From assembly GCA_963796055.1 (NCBI GenBank), contig CAWCKH010000004.1:1664001-1728000 (forward strand): DNA of 64,000 nt. The letters run 5' to 3'. The DNA comes from an uncultured delta proteobacterium. GTDB lineage: Bacteria; Myxococcota; Myxococcia; Myxococcales; Myxococcaceae. The first letter of the stretch is position 1. Each line of letters begins with the position of its first letter. The position numbers and the translations under genes were made by a program. Of this stretch, positions 9,206 through 20,233 are shown piece by piece. The notes beneath the pieces are model-generated. The model saw nothing but the letters and a program-made list of their open reading frames with translations. It was not told the DNA's origin and did not search any database.

Positions 9206-10387
9206 ATGTCCTCGACACGTGTCCTCATCTCCGGAGCCGGAATCGCCGGCCCGACGCTCGCTCACTGGCTGCTCCGGCATGGGGGCTTCGAGGTCACCCT
9301 CCTGGAAACCGCACCGCAGCTCCGCACCGGCGGCTACGTCGTCGACTTCTGGGGCGCAGGCTACGACGTCGCCGAGCGGATGGGCATCCTCCCCGAGCTG
9401 CAGGAGATTGGCTACCGGGTCCGCGAGGTCCGGATGGTGAACCGGGAAGGGAAGCGGGTGGGGCACTTCCCAGTGGACGCGCTTCGCCGGGTCCTGCACG
9501 GCCGGCTGCTCAGCCTTTCCCGCGCCGGGCTGGCGTCCGCCATCTACGCCACTCTCCGAGGCAAGCTGGAGACGCTCTTCGGGGACAGCGTTGCCTCGCT
9601 GGAGCAGCACCCCGATCGGGTGGAGGTCCGGTTCGAGCACGCCCCGCCGCGCGCCTTCGACCTGGTGATCGGTGCTGACGGCGTGCACTCGCGGGTCCGT
9701 TCCCTGGCCTTCGGCGAGGACCGGCTCGAGAGATATCTCGGAATGCAGTTCGCCGCGTTCGAGCTCGCCGGGTACCGGCCCCGGGACGAGAACGTGTACG
9801 TGATGTACAACCAGGTGGGAAAGCAGAGCGCCCGCTTCAGCCTCCGCGATGATCGGGCGCTGTTCCTCTTCATCTTCGCCGCCGAGTCCCCCGAAGCGCC
9901 TGAAGACGAGCCGGGGCAGAAGGAGCTCCTCCGCCGCCGGTTCGCCGACGCCGGCTGGGAGTGTCCGGCCATCCTCGCCCAGCTCGACCGCGCCGAGGCC
10001 TTCTACTTCGACCGGGTGAGCCAGATCCGCATGGACGGCTGGTCGCGGGGTCGGGTTGCCCTGGTCGGCGACGCCGCCTTCGCGCCCTCCTTCCTCGCCG
10101 GGCAGGGGTCGGCGCTGGCAATGCTCGGGGCGTATGTCCTCGCCGGGGAGCTGAAGGCCTCACGCGACGAGCCGTCACGGGCCTTTCAGCGCTATCACCA
10201 GCGCCTCGGGAACCTCATGGCCCGGAAGCAGAGGGCCGCGGTGTCGTACTCCGACAACTTCGCCCCCCGCTCCAAGCTGAGCGTCTTCCTCAAGAACCAC
10301 CTCAGCTCGACCCTGGGCCTCCCCTTCGTCGCCGACCTGCTCTTCGGCCCGCTGATTCGAGACCGGATCCCGCTGCCGGCGTACTGA
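9206..10387 (+). CDS. FAD-dependent monooxygenase (FAD_binding_3)
   Basis: GAGIAG, LRTGGYVVDFWG, IGADGVHS, LVGDAAF..GQG. Confidence 0.9.
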   Translation: MSSTRVLISGAGIAGPTLAHWLLRHGGFEVTLLETAPQLRTGGYVVDFWGAGYDVAERMGILPELQEIGYRVREVRMVNREGKRVGHFPVDALRRVLHGRLLSLSRAGLASAIYATLRGKLETLFGDSVASLEQHPDRVEVRFEHAPPRAFDLVIGADGVHSRVRSLAFGEDRLERYLGMQFAAFELAGYRPRDENVYVMYNQVGKQSARFSLRDDRALFLFIFAAESPEAPEDEPGQKELLRRRFADAGWECPAILAQLDRAEAFYFDRVSQIRMDGWSRGRVALVGDAAFAPSFLAGQGSALAMLGAYVLAGELKASRDEPSRAFQRYHQRLGNLMARKQRAAVSYSDNFAPRSKLSVFLKNHLSSTLGLPFVADLLFGPLIRDRIPLPAY

Positions 10388-11141
10388 GTTCCGGCGAGAC
10401 GGAACGGAGCACGATGAGCGTCTCCAGGAGACGGTCCACCGCACGCTGGTCGTGAACGAAGTAGACGGCCGCGGAACGGCGCGCCCGACCCACCCGGACC
10501 CCGAGCACCCGTCTCCGCGGGAGGAGGGCAAACACGTCCTCGTCGGTGACGTCGTCGCCAACGTACAGCGCGCGGATGGCCTTCTCCCGTGAGAGCAGCG
10601 TGAGCATTGCCTTCCCCTTGTTCGCCCCCCGTCCGGGGACGACGTTGAACACCTGCTTGCCGGGAACCACCCGCATCGACTGCGGGAGCGCGGCCAGAAC
10701 ATCGTGGATCGCAGCCCGGGCCCGGCGCTTGTTCCCCGCCCTCCGGTAGTGGAGCGAGAGCGAGTAACGCTTGTCCTCGAGGTCGACCCCGGGCGTTCCA
10801 GCCAGCGCGGCGGTGAGGCGAACCCGGACCGCCGCGATCTCCGCGGCGAGCTCGCGCGGGGCCCGACCCTCCTCCAGGCCGTGGTTGCCGACGACGTACT
10901 TCACCGGCGCTCCCGCGAGCCGGGCCGCGACGTCGGCCCGACCCCGGCCGGAAATGACCGCACAGGGATAGAGCAGACACAGCCGCCGGAGGAGCCTGGC
11001 CGTGCGGCGGCGCATCCCCGCCCGCTCGCGCGAGCTGATGATCGGCGCGAGCGTCCCGTCGAAGTCGAAGCCGAGCAGGACCGGCGTCCGGACCAGAGTG
11101 GTCAGGACCGCGGCGTTGTGCCGACCGAGGAGGTTTCTCAT
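10302..11141 (-). CDS. otsB: Trehalose-6-phosphate phosphatase
   Basis: HAD motif DFDGTLAPI, ISGR, GNHGLE, NKG, GDDVTDEDVF; overlaps the otsA stop (ATGA). Confidence 0.9.
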   Translation of the reverse strand: MRNLLGRHNAAVLTTLVRTPVLLGFDFDGTLAPIISSRERAGMRRRTARLLRRLCLLYPCAVISGRGRADVAARLAGAPVKYVVGNHGLEEGRAPRELAAEIAAVRVRLTAALAGTPGVDLEDKRYSLSLHYRRAGNKRRARAAIHDVLAALPQSMRVVPGKQVFNVVPGRGANKGKAMLTLLSREKAIRALYVGDDVTDEDVFALLPRRRVLGVRVGRARRSAAVYFVHDQRAVDRLLETLIVLRSVSPELSTPAAGSGLESAGRRAGRRRRGGPGSS

Positions 11142-13372
11142 CCGCCCGCGGCCCGGCCGAAGAGCCCGGAGGTCCCGAAGCGGCCGCTGAGCCGCTCCTT
11201 GCGCCGGATCTCCGCCGCGTCGACCAGCATCCGCCCCGCCCAGCGATAGACGTTGAACTCCGAGACCAGCCGTCGCATGGAGCGCATCCGTTCGCGCTGC
11301 TCGTCCCTCGGCATCCGCAGCGCCGCGGCGAGCGCATCGCTCGCCTGCCGGAGGTCGTAGGGATTGACGATCAGTGCCTCGGTGAGGTCGCGCGAGGCTC
11401 CGGTGAACTGGCTGAGCACCAGCACCCCCTGCTCGTCATCACGGGCGGCGACGAACTCCTTGGCCACCAGATTCATCCCGTCGTGGAGGCTGCTCACGTA
11501 GCAGAGGTCCGCGGCCCGGTAGTACCGGAACACCGACGCCGGCTCGTGGTGAGCTCGGAGGAGCACGATCGGACGGTAGCCGTCCGAGGACCACTTGCGG
11601 TCGATCTGCGCCGCCGCCTCCTCCACCCGTTCGTTGAGCTCGCGGTAGCGCGGGATCTTCGTCCGGCTCGGCGCGGCGAGCTGGACGAAGGTGAACCTGC
11701 CGCGGAAATCCGGGTAGCGGGTGAGGAGCTCGTCGACGGCGGCCAGGCGCTCCTCGATGCCCTTGGTGTAGTCGAGCCGGTCGATGCCCACCCCGAGCAG
11801 CGCGTCGGCGGCGAGCCCGAGCTCACGCCGGACTGACCGCCGGGCCTCCTCCACCGGCGGCATCCCGTCGAGCCAGTGCACGGGCCACTCGATGGAGATG
11901 GGGTAAGGGCGCACCAGGGTCCGGCGAGGCCCCTGGACGACCGCGTGGGTCTCCCGGTCGATCCGGCTCTCCACGAAGGCATCGACCGAGTCGATGAAGT
12001 TGTTGCAGTGCTGCTGGGTGTGAAAGCCGACCACGCTCGCGCCAAGCAGGCCGGAGATGAGCTCCTCGCGCCAGGGGCAGATGCCGAAGCGCTCCGCGTT
12101 CGGCCAGGGGATGTGCCAGAAGGCGATGACGGTGGCCCGGGGCAGCCGCTCGCGGATCATCCGGGGCGCCAGGGCGAAGTGGTAGTCCTGGACGAAGACG
12201 ATCGGGTCGTCGGAGTCGACCTCCTCGCACACCGCGTCGGCGAATCGCTGGTTGACCCTGACGTAGGCCTCGTAGTCCTGGGTCCGGAAGATGGGCCGGG
12301 CGTGGGCGACGTGGCAGAGCGGCCAGAGGCCCTCGTTGGAGAAGCCGTAGTAGTAGCCGCTCTCCTCCTCCTCCGTCAGCCACACCCGACGGAGGAGATA
12401 CGACTCCTCCCCGGGCGGTACCCGGAGGTGGTCGTGGGCGTCGACGGTCTCGCGATCCCCGCTGCCGCTGCCGTGCCCGATCCAGACCCCGGAGCAGGCC
12501 CGCATCACCGGCTCGAGCGCACTCACCAGACCGCTGGCCGGGTGGAGGACCCTCACCCCGGTATCGCCTCGCTCGTGAATGTAGGGCTCGCGGTTCGCAA
12601 GGATGACCACCCGCTCGCCCTGGAGGTACTGGGTGAGGATCGAGCGAAGGCGCGCCGCGCTCCAGCGGCCGGCGTGTGCCTCCTGCTCGCGCTCGCTGGC
12701 CAGGCGCTCCACCAGCTCCCGGACGTTGCGGACCAGGGGCTGGAACTCGGTGGTGGCCTCCCCGGTGAGCGCCCGTCCCAGCTCGAGGGTCCAGCCGCGC
12801 CAGGCGAGCCGCGCGGCCACCAGGGTCACTACCGAGGCTCCGAGGGAGAGCACGAAGAAGGCGAAGAGGAGGAAGTTCCGCGTCGCCTCCTCACGGCGGC
12901 TCAGGTAGCTGAGGTCGTGCACCAGCACCACTGCCCCGACGGGCGCCGCGCGGTCGCCGAGCGTCGTCACGCTGAGGTTCACCCGACCGGAGGGCAGCTC
13001 GGCGGTCATGGACCATGGGTCGGCGTCGGCCGCGGCCTCGTGCCGCATCCGCTCCAGGACCGAGCGGCAGGAGAACTCGGACGGATACGAATCGGTCGCT
13101 GCCAGCAGGTGTCCCTGCGGCGTGCAGGCCGCAGCAGCCATGATGCGCTCGTCGCGGCTGATGTCGGCCAGCGTCTCGGTGAGGCGGGTTCGCCCGGCGC
13201 TCCAGTTGGCCTCCAGGCTCTGTCGGGCGGCGGAGACGGCGAGGCGTGAGCGGAGCGCCAGATCGTGCTCGAACCAGGCCCGGGTGGTCCGGGCGAGCAC
13301 GGCGTACCCGACGACGGCCAGGAGCGCCAGGCCGGCGAGGAGAAAGACCAGGAATCGGGCCGCACGCCGCAT
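11138..13372 (-). CDS. otsA: Trehalose-6-phosphate synthase (GT20) with N-terminal 2-TM extracytoplasmic domain
   Basis: [56 protein letters not shown]. Confidence 0.92.
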   Translation of the reverse strand: MRRAARFLVFLLAGLALLAVVGYAVLARTTRAWFEHDLALRSRLAVSAARQSLEANWSAGRTRLTETLADISRDERIMAAAACTPQGHLLAATDSYPSEFSCRSVLERMRHEAAADADPWSMTAELPSGRVNLSVTTLGDRAAPVGAVVLVHDLSYLSRREEATRNFLLFAFFVLSLGASVVTLVAARLAWRGWTLELGRALTGEATTEFQPLVRNVRELVERLASEREQEAHAGRWSAARLRSILTQYLQGERVVILANREPYIHERGDTGVRVLHPASGLVSALEPVMRACSGVWIGHGSGSGDRETVDAHDHLRVPPGEESYLLRRVWLTEEEESGYYYGFSNEGLWPLCHVAHARPIFRTQDYEAYVRVNQRFADAVCEEVDSDDPIVFVQDYHFALAPRMIRERLPRATVIAFWHIPWPNAERFGICPWREELISGLLGASVVGFHTQQHCNNFIDSVDAFVESRIDRETHAVVQGPRRTLVRPYPISIEWPVHWLDGMPPVEEARRSVRRELGLAADALLGVGIDRLDYTKGIEERLAAVDELLTRYPDFRGRFTFVQLAAPSRTKIPRYRELNERVEEAAAQIDRKWSSDGYRPIVLLRAHHEPASVFRYYRAADLCYVSSLHDGMNLVAKEFVAARDDEQGVLVLSQFTGASRDLTEALIVNPYDLRQASDALAAALRMPRDEQRERMRSMRRLVSEFNVYRWAGRMLVDAAEIRRKERLSGRFGTSGLFGRAAGG

Positions 13373-13514
13373 GAGGGTCGCCTAGCACATGATGTGCAAT
13401 TGGAGGACGGACCAGACACGCGATGTCCACCGGCACGCGAGCCCGCTGATTCAATCTCGAAGATGGATGGTGCCGGGTGTCTCATCGGTTACCGGATCTG
13501 GAGGTGAGCGACTC

Positions 13515-13979
13515 ATGGACGAGCGCGCACAGAACCAACGGATCCGGGAGCATCTCTGGCACCGGCTCGAATCCGAGCACCGCCAGCTGGAGAAGGTGCT
13601 TACCGACGTCCAGAGCCTTGCAGCCGACGCTTCGTTCGAGACTGCCAGACGGCGGTTCGGCGAATTCCGACTCGCCCACGAGCGCCACCTGGTGTCCGAA
13701 CGGAGGATGGAGTCTCTCTGTGCCGGCAGCCCGGAGATGCGGTCCTTCGTCGCCCGGGTGCAACGCGAGCGAGCGCGGGTCCTCGAACAGTCCGAGCGCG
13801 TCTGGAAGCGGCTGTGCCAGGAGAGGAACGGGCACCTACCCCGGATGCTCGCCCGTCTGGCCTCGCTGATCGCCCAGCACGAGGACGCCCAGCGCCGGTT
13901 GATCCTCGCCGAGCTCCCGCTCAGCCCCGAGCTCCGGAGGTCGCAGGCGAGCCTGCTGCGGAAGATTGGCACGATTTGA
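13515..13979 (+). CDS. Hemerythrin-like helical protein (possibly degenerate)
   Basis: EHRQL..HERHLVSE..QHEDAQ spacing; RBS ggaggt. Confidence 0.5.
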   Translation: MDERAQNQRIREHLWHRLESEHRQLEKVLTDVQSLAADASFETARRRFGEFRLAHERHLVSERRMESLCAGSPEMRSFVARVQRERARVLEQSERVWKRLCQERNGHLPRMLARLASLIAQHEDAQRRLILAELPLSPELRRSQASLLRKIGTI

Positions 13980-14094
13980 GCTCACCCAGCGCCCGCGCCG
14001 GGGCGACCGAGGAAATGATGGCCCGGATGTCGCGGATGCCGGTCTTCGTCCCTACCCCGGTCGTTGACCAGCCGTGTGAGCCTGGACAGGAGTT

Positions 14095-15294
14095 TCAACC
14101 GCTGGCCGGCTCGGGGTGGAGCGAGAAGTGCGGCGCGAGCTCGTTGTGCACCACGACCCGGGCACCCCCCTTCAGCTTGAACGCGCCGCTGCTGACCACC
14201 GTCTCGCCCGCGGTCAGACCGGAGGCGACGACGACGTAGTCGCCGCGGCGCTCTCCCAGACGAACGAAGCGCCGCCGGACGACGGGTCCGCTGCCGCCCG
14301 AGGGCCTCGCGGGCCGGGACGGGCCGCCCCGCGCCTGAGCGGCTCTCGACCCGACCCCGGTCTTCTGGTCCAGCACGAACACCGAGTCGCCGTACGGCGC
14401 ATAGACGATCGACGTCTGCGGAACGATCCGGACCAGCCGCCGCTCGCCCACGTTCACCGACACTCTGGCGAACATGCCCGGCACCAGGCGCCCGTCCGGG
14501 TTGGAAACGGTGACCCGCATCCGGACGTTCCGGGTCTTGGGATCCACCTCGGGGCTGATGGTGGTGACGGTTCCCTTCCAGGAGGAATCCGGGAAGGCGT
14601 CGACCTCGACCTCCGCCTCGTCACCCTCCTCCACCCTGGCCATCGCCTGCTCCGGCAACCAGAAGTCGACGTGGATGGGGGAGACGCTCTGCAGAGAGAC
14701 GACGGGCGTTCCGGGGGAGACTACCTCACCCAGCTCCACCTGGCGGATGCCCACTCGCCCGACGAAGGGCGCGCGGAGGGTCTTCTTGGCGATGATCGCC
14801 CGGAGATTTGCGACCGCCGCCCGGGCCTGCTTGTCGGCGGCCTGAGCTGCCTGCAGATCCGCCCGGGTGTTGACGTCCTGCCGCCGGAGGAAGCGGGCAC
14901 GCTTCAAGGTCTGTCGGGCGAGCGCCTCCTCGGCCAGTGCACTCTTCAGTCGCGCCTGCTCCGCCGAGCTGTCGAGCTGGACGAGCGCCTGATCCTCTTC
15001 CACCATCGAGCCATTCTGGAACTCGATGCGTTGCACGGTCCCGGTGACCTCGGCGCCGAGACTCACGCCCCGGACGGCCACGACCGTTCCCACCGCGTCC
15101 AGCGTGGGCTGCCACTCGACCTCCTTCACCTTGGTCGTGGCCACGGCGAGGGGCGGCGGAACTTGCGACCTCGCGGCGGCGAGCATCGTCCTGATCTGGG
15201 CGAACTTGATGCCGCTCAGAGCGAGCGCGATCCCGAGCAGGGCCAGGCCCGCGATCACCCATCGACGCCGTCCTCCTGGTCGCTGCCTGCTCAC
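14095..15294 (-). CDS. RND efflux periplasmic adaptor (MFP); start uncertain
   Basis: GVSLGAEVTGTV, LRAPFVGRVGIRQV, PGMFARV, GL..GE.VVSSG. Confidence 0.88.
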   Translation of the reverse strand: MSRQRPGGRRRWVIAGLALLGIALALSGIKFAQIRTMLAAARSQVPPPLAVATTKVKEVEWQPTLDAVGTVVAVRGVSLGAEVTGTVQRIEFQNGSMVEEDQALVQLDSSAEQARLKSALAEEALARQTLKRARFLRRQDVNTRADLQAAQAADKQARAAVANLRAIIAKKTLRAPFVGRVGIRQVELGEVVSPGTPVVSLQSVSPIHVDFWLPEQAMARVEEGDEAEVEVDAFPDSSWKGTVTTISPEVDPKTRNVRMRVTVSNPDGRLVPGMFARVSVNVGERRLVRIVPQTSIVYAPYGDSVFVLDQKTGVGSRAAQARGGPSRPARPSGGSGPVVRRRFVRLGERRGDYVVVASGLTAGETVVSSGAFKLKGGARVVVHNELAPHFSLHPEPASG

Positions 15295-15646
15295 GGCCGG
15301 ACGTGCTCTCTCGCTCGCTCCCTTCAGCGCACATGTACGGGCGCCGTCAGAGACTTGCCTCTGCGCCGAGCACGGATGCCTCCGGTGGAGCACGCGTCCG
15401 CGGCTCCGGTGCTGATCCAGAGCGGCGGTGCGAGCGCTGCCTAGCGGCGCTCCCTGGGCCGCGAATCGCCGCGACGATGCCGTCCTTCTCCCCGGCGTCT
15501 CGAACCGGTGACCCCGGAGTGAGATGGAGTCACCGGTCCGTTCTCCCAGCGCCTCGCGGTGGGTCCAGCCGTTTCTGGATCGCTTCCCCATGCCAGGGAC
15601 GACCGGAGCTCCTACGAGACCTCGGTGCGCTCTGATGTGACGATCT

Positions 15647-16258
15647 TCAGGGCCCAGCCGCCGGCCACGCGCGGATCTCGAGCGGCACGGACGCTAGGCG
15701 GCGCAGCAGCGCGCTCCTCCGCGTCAGCGGCCACCAGTCGTAAAGGAAGATCTCGATCGGGCGCCACATCGCTACCCACCCCAAGATCAACAGCCCCTCG
15801 TTGATGAACGACCCGTTGAGCGGCGGACCGTGGCCGAGCAGCACGCGGCGCAGCAACAGGCAGGCGGCCAGGAACACGAGACCGATCGCAAGGCTCGCCG
15901 CGCCGTAGCGGAGGAGCTGCAGCAGGTCGGCTTGCACCTGCCGCTCGCGGTAGTGGAAGTAGTGGTGCACGGCCTCGGGCAACGAGCGCGCCGCGGGAGA
16001 CTCGGCCTCGTCGGACGGCAGGTAAACGACGACCTTGAGCGGGGTGCGCATGCCAACTTCGCGGCAGGCGTCGACGAGGTAGCGCTCCGCGGCCTCCTCG
16101 AGGTCCTTCTCGCGGAACGGCGCGGGGTCGAGGGTGTGGAACATTTGCCGCACCTCGCGCAGACGGATCTCGACGAGCGTCACCCCGTTCTCGCTCCGGT
16201 ACACGGAGCCCGGCCCGCCGCGCGGCGGTGTGCGTTCAGGCGGCACGCGGAATGCCAC
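15647..16258 (-). CDS. Conserved hypothetical membrane protein
   Basis: QMFHTLDPAPFREKDL..EGLLILGWVAMWRPIEIFLYDWWP. Confidence 0.75.
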   Translation of the reverse strand: MAFRVPPERTPPRGGPGSVYRSENGVTLVEIRLREVRQMFHTLDPAPFREKDLEEAAERYLVDACREVGMRTPLKVVVYLPSDEAESPAARSLPEAVHHYFHYRERQVQADLLQLLRYGAASLAIGLVFLAACLLLRRVLLGHGPPLNGSFINEGLLILGWVAMWRPIEIFLYDWWPLTRRSALLRRLASVPLEIRAWPAAGP

Positions 16259-16546
16259 GGTTGGCCACGGGAGGACAGGACTACCTGGCGAAGGGCAACG
16301 TGTGAAGGAAGATCGCGGCGCTTACCAGAACGATGAGCGGTCCCGCTGGGAGCCCGTGAGCGGAGGACGATTCCGACGACGGCCGAGAGCACGCCGATGG
16401 CCATTGCGCCCAGGGTGTATTGCCGGAGGCTCTTGCGGACGGTGCGCGCCGCGGACAGGGGTTGAAGGTCGCTGGCCTGCCGGCGGCCAGCTAGGATCGC
16501 GAGCGAAGGACCCCTGGGAGAGCTCAGCCCGCGCAGGAGCCGACAG

Positions 16547-18199
16547 GTGACGACGCGCACCACCTTCGATCTTCTTTGGTACAAGGACGCCGTCATCTAC
16601 GAGACCCACGTGAAGGCGTTCCACGACGCCAACGGGGACGGGATCGGCGACTTCCAGGGGCTGACCGAGAAGCTCGACTACCTCGAGACCCTGGGCGTGA
16701 CCTGCCTCTGGCTCCTGCCGTTCTTCCCGTCCCCGCTGCGCGACGACGGTTACGACATCGCCGACTACCGGTCCATCCACCCGAGCTACGGCACGCTCGA
16801 CGATTTCCGTCACTTCCTCGAGGAGGCACACCGGCGGGACATCAGGGTGCTCGTCGAGCTGGTGGTGAACCACACCTCCGACCTGCACCCCTGGTTTCAG
16901 CGGGCCCGCCGGTCGCCTCCCGGCTCACCCGAGCGCGACTACTACGTCTGGAGCGACACCGACCGTCGATTCGAGGGCGCCCGCATCATCTTCACCGACA
17001 CCGAGCGGTCCAACTGGACCTGGGACCCGGAGGCGAAGGCCTATTACTGGCACCGCTTCTTCAGCCACCAGCCTGACCTCAACTTCGACAACCCGCGCGT
17101 GCTCGAGGAGATCGAGGCCACGATGGGCTTCTGGCTCGACCTGGGGGTCGACGGCTTCAGGCTGGACGCGATCCCCTACCTGGTGGAGCGGGAGGGAACG
17201 AGCTGCGAGAACCTTCCCGAGACGCACGCGGTCATCCGCCGCCTGCGGGCGTTCGTGGACAAGCGGGCGCCGGGTTGCCTCCTCCTCGCCGAGGCCAACC
17301 AGTGGCCAGCGGACGTGCGCCCCTACTTCGGGGAGGGCGACGAGTGCCACATGGCATTCCACTTCCCGCTCATGCCCCGGATCTTCATGGGGCTGCGCCT
17401 GGAGAGCGCCGAACCCATCGTGGACATCCTCCGCCGCACGCCTCCCATCCCCCCCAGCTGCCAGTGGGGGCTGTTCCTGCGCAACCACGACGAGCTCACC
17501 CTGGAGATGGTGAGCGAGGACGAGCGGGCCTACATGAACCTGGCCTATGCCCGCGATCCCCAGACCCGGCTCAATGTCGGCATCCGGCGGCGGCTGGCGC
17601 CGCTGGTCGACAACGCGCGGCGGCGGATCGAGTTCCTCAACGGCCTGCTCTTCTCCCTGCCTGGCACGCCCATCGTCTACTACGGGGACGAGATCGGGAT
17701 GGGGGACGACGTCCTGCGCCCCGACCGTGACGGCGTGCGCACTCCGATGCAGTGGAGCGGGGAACCAAGCGCCGGATTCTCGCGCCTCACCCCCGACCGG
17801 CTCTACTCGCCGCCGATCGGCGATCCCGTCTTCGGCGCCAGGGCGGTCAACGTCGAGGCCCAGCTCCGGGACCACTCCTCGCTGCTCCACTGGATGCGCA
17901 ACATGATCCGCCTGCGCAAGCAGTTCCGGGTATTCGGCCGGGGGAGCATCGAGTTCCTGCCGGTGTCGAACCGGAAGATCCTGGCGTACATCCGTCGCTG
18001 GGAGAACGACACGATCCTGTGCGTGGCAAACCTCTCCCGCCACGCACAGCCCGTCGAGCTCGACCTCTCGCAGATGAAGGGCATGACCCCTGTGGAGATG
18101 CTCGGGTACACACCGTTCCCGCGGATCGGTGAGCTGCCGTACATGCTCACCCCGAGCGGATACGGTTTCTACTGGTTCGAGCTCCGCCAGGAACCCTGA
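16547..18199 (+). CDS. treS: Trehalose synthase (maltose alpha-D-glucosyltransferase, GH13)
   Basis: [47 protein letters not shown]. Confidence 0.93.
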   Translation: MTTRTTFDLLWYKDAVIYETHVKAFHDANGDGIGDFQGLTEKLDYLETLGVTCLWLLPFFPSPLRDDGYDIADYRSIHPSYGTLDDFRHFLEEAHRRDIRVLVELVVNHTSDLHPWFQRARRSPPGSPERDYYVWSDTDRRFEGARIIFTDTERSNWTWDPEAKAYYWHRFFSHQPDLNFDNPRVLEEIEATMGFWLDLGVDGFRLDAIPYLVEREGTSCENLPETHAVIRRLRAFVDKRAPGCLLLAEANQWPADVRPYFGEGDECHMAFHFPLMPRIFMGLRLESAEPIVDILRRTPPIPPSCQWGLFLRNHDELTLEMVSEDERAYMNLAYARDPQTRLNVGIRRRLAPLVDNARRRIEFLNGLLFSLPGTPIVYYGDEIGMGDDVLRPDRDGVRTPMQWSGEPSAGFSRLTPDRLYSPPIGDPVFGARAVNVEAQLRDHSSLLHWMRNMIRLRKQFRVFGRGSIEFLPVSNRKILAYIRRWENDTILCVANLSRHAQPVELDLSQMKGMTPVEMLGYTPFPRIGELPYMLTPSGYGFYWFELRQEP

Positions 18200-18253
18200 C
18201 GGTTCAGCCAGCCAGGCGGTACCGGGGGGGTGGGGCGTCGTGGCCTTCGCCGC

Positions 18254-18964
18254 TCACAGGTGGTGCATCGTGTCCCCGGAGGGCGAGTCCTTACCCTCGG
18301 AAAGGTCCTTGAAGTGCCGCTCGAGCGAGCGGGCCACCACGTCGCGGGCTCCCAGGCCGACCGCGAGCGAGAGCGACAGGACGATTCCCCCGAAGAGGAT
18401 GGCAAAGGCGGCGGTGAGGATGGCCCCGCCGATCCCGAGCTGCTCGAGCGCGATCGCCGAGGCGAGGACCAGGAAGAGCCAACGCGCGCCCAGGCCGAGG
18501 AGCCGAGCGGAGTGCAGACCCATGTTCACCGCGCCGATGAGCACGCTCCGCTCCAGCGCTCGCGATCCGGCGATGCCCGCCGCCAGGATGACGACCCCCA
18601 CCAGGGCGTGGGGGACGTAGGCGATGAGCGAACGGGCGAGCGCACTGGTATCGCCGGACTCGAGGACCGTCAGCCCCAGGATGAACCCCATCGCCACCAC
18701 CGTCCATGCCACCACGCGCGAGGCAATGCGGGTCGGGCCCAGGTGTCCCTGACGGGCCGGGGACGCCATGCCCCACTCGCGCAGACGGCGATCGACGTCC
18801 AGCCGGGTGAAGATCCGGCGCACCACCGCCGAGATGGCGATCGCCAGCACCGCGGTCAGCACCAGGATCACCAGCATCACCAGCACCCCGGGCAGGAGCT
18901 GCGCCAGCGTGCGCGCCATCCGTTGGAAGGACTCGAGGAAGGTGGTCCGGATCTGTTCCCACAT
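18254..18964 (-). CDS. MscS-associated TM-helix repeat (CmpX-like) membrane protein
   Basis: LLPGVLV..YVPHALVGVVIL..ALEQLGIG..AVGLGARD. Confidence 0.7.
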   Translation of the reverse strand: MWEQIRTTFLESFQRMARTLAQLLPGVLVMLVILVLTAVLAIAISAVVRRIFTRLDVDRRLREWGMASPARQGHLGPTRIASRVVAWTVVAMGFILGLTVLESGDTSALARSLIAYVPHALVGVVILAAGIAGSRALERSVLIGAVNMGLHSARLLGLGARWLFLVLASAIALEQLGIGGAILTAAFAILFGGIVLSLSLAVGLGARDVVARSLERHFKDLSEGKDSPSGDTMHHL

Positions 18965-18976
18965 CAGGTGTCCTCC

Positions 18977-20233
18977 TCAGGGATTGAACTCGTCCGGCCA
19001 TCGCCACCGGGCGACCAGGTAGCGCTTTTCCCGCTCGAACGCGGCGCCGACGGCCTCCACTCGCGCCTCGAAAGCCAGGTCGTCGAGCGTGCCCGCCGCG
19101 TGCGCCAGCCCGGCGAGCCAGCCGAGGTAGAGCGGAGCAAGGGAGCGGAGCAACTGTCCCCGCTCCACGGAGCGGACGAGGTGCGCCACCGAGAAGTCGA
19201 ACACCACCCGGGCCCACAGCTCGTCGGGGATGATGCCCTCGGGGAAGGGCTTCATGGCGCACTGCTGGAGGCCGAGCAGCGTCGCCGGGGGGAGCACCAG
19301 GCCGAAGACCGGGAGGAGGTCGCGCAGTCCGCGCACGAACGACCCGAAGAGGTGGACTGGATCGGGTGGAGGAACGCCGGACTGGAAGCTGCGGGTCCCG
19401 AAAGTGGGGACGGGCTGCGAGGCCCCGGTCCGCTGCCACCGTGCGGCAGTGCGCTCCATCTCGCCGAAGACCAGCCCGAGTGCCCGCGCCAGGGTCACGT
19501 CCAGCTCCTCCGGGTCGCGGGACGGGCGCGGCCAGGCTCCCAGCCAGGACTGGGCCACCCGGGCCTCGGTGCCCAGCACCTTCGCGAGGAGCCAGGCGTC
19601 GGAACCCGCCTCGCGCGGCCGTCGGCGCCAGTCCTCGTCCTCGATCAGCCGGCGTGCCAGGGCGCCAGAGAGCGCGGCCTCGGTGCCGAGCGGCTGGCGG
19701 AGCGCCCGGCCGTAGAGGGTCCGGATGAGAGGCGCCACGATGCCGGTGTTGATGGCGCCCTCCGCGCGGGGGCGGGTGTACGCGGGGCACACGAAGTCGA
19801 AGCGCCCGCCGAGCACCGGGCCGATGAGAAGGTCGAGCCAGTCGATCGACTCGTCGTGCCGCTCGGCCGCGACGATGGCCACGGCTGTGGCGTTCCGTCC
19901 GGCGCCCTCGACGAGGAGCGGGCCGAGTGGGCTCTCGAGCCCCGGCACCGCGCCCTGGCTGGCGGACGGCACCACGCCGGTCGCGGGCGCGGGCAGCGTT
20001 GCCGGGCCGACCGGCCCCACCGGGACCAGTGCCGGCGCTCCGTCGCGCAGCGCGGTCACCAGGACGACCGGCTCGACCTGCGGGTAACGGCTGCGCAGTC
20101 GGCCAGCGAGCGGCAGGGCGGCAGCCAGCGCGGCATCACCGGGGCCTTGCACGGCGACGACGAGCGAACCCATCGGCTCGCTCGCTGGTCGCTCCTCCTC
20201 GTGGGCGAGAGTCGCCCTGACCGTGTCGGCCAT
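18977..20233 (-). CDS. Glucosylglycerate-synthase-like GT-A glycosyltransferase, degenerate N-terminus
   Basis: DFVCPAYTR..GAINTGIVAPLIRTLYG..RQPLG; WARVVFDF; LAPLYLGW; FEREKRYL..RW; RBS ggagga. Confidence 0.7.
   Translation of the reverse strand: MADTVRATLAHEEERPASEPMGSLVVAVQGPGDAALAAALPLAGRLRSRYPQVEPVVLVTALRDGAPALVPVGPVGPATLPAPATGVVPSASQGAVPGLESPLGPLLVEGAGRNATAVAIVAAERHDESIDWLDLLIGPVLGGRFDFVCPAYTRPRAEGAINTGIVAPLIRTLYGRALRQPLGTEAALSGALARRLIEDEDWRRRPREAGSDAWLLAKVLGTEARVAQSWLGAWPRPSRDPEELDVTLARALGLVFGEMERTAARWQRTGASQPVPTFGTRSFQSGVPPPDPVHLFGSFVRGLRDLLPVFGLVLPPATLLGLQQCAMKPFPEGIIPDELWARVVFDFSVAHLVRSVERGQLLRSLAPLYLGWLAGLAHAAGTLDDLAFEARVEAVGAAFEREKRYLVARWRWPDEFNP

Noticed and set aside
10302..10387. 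Functional meaning of the convergent otsB/monooxygenase overlap
   Set aside because: Most simply explained by loss of the native otsB stop at a module junction.
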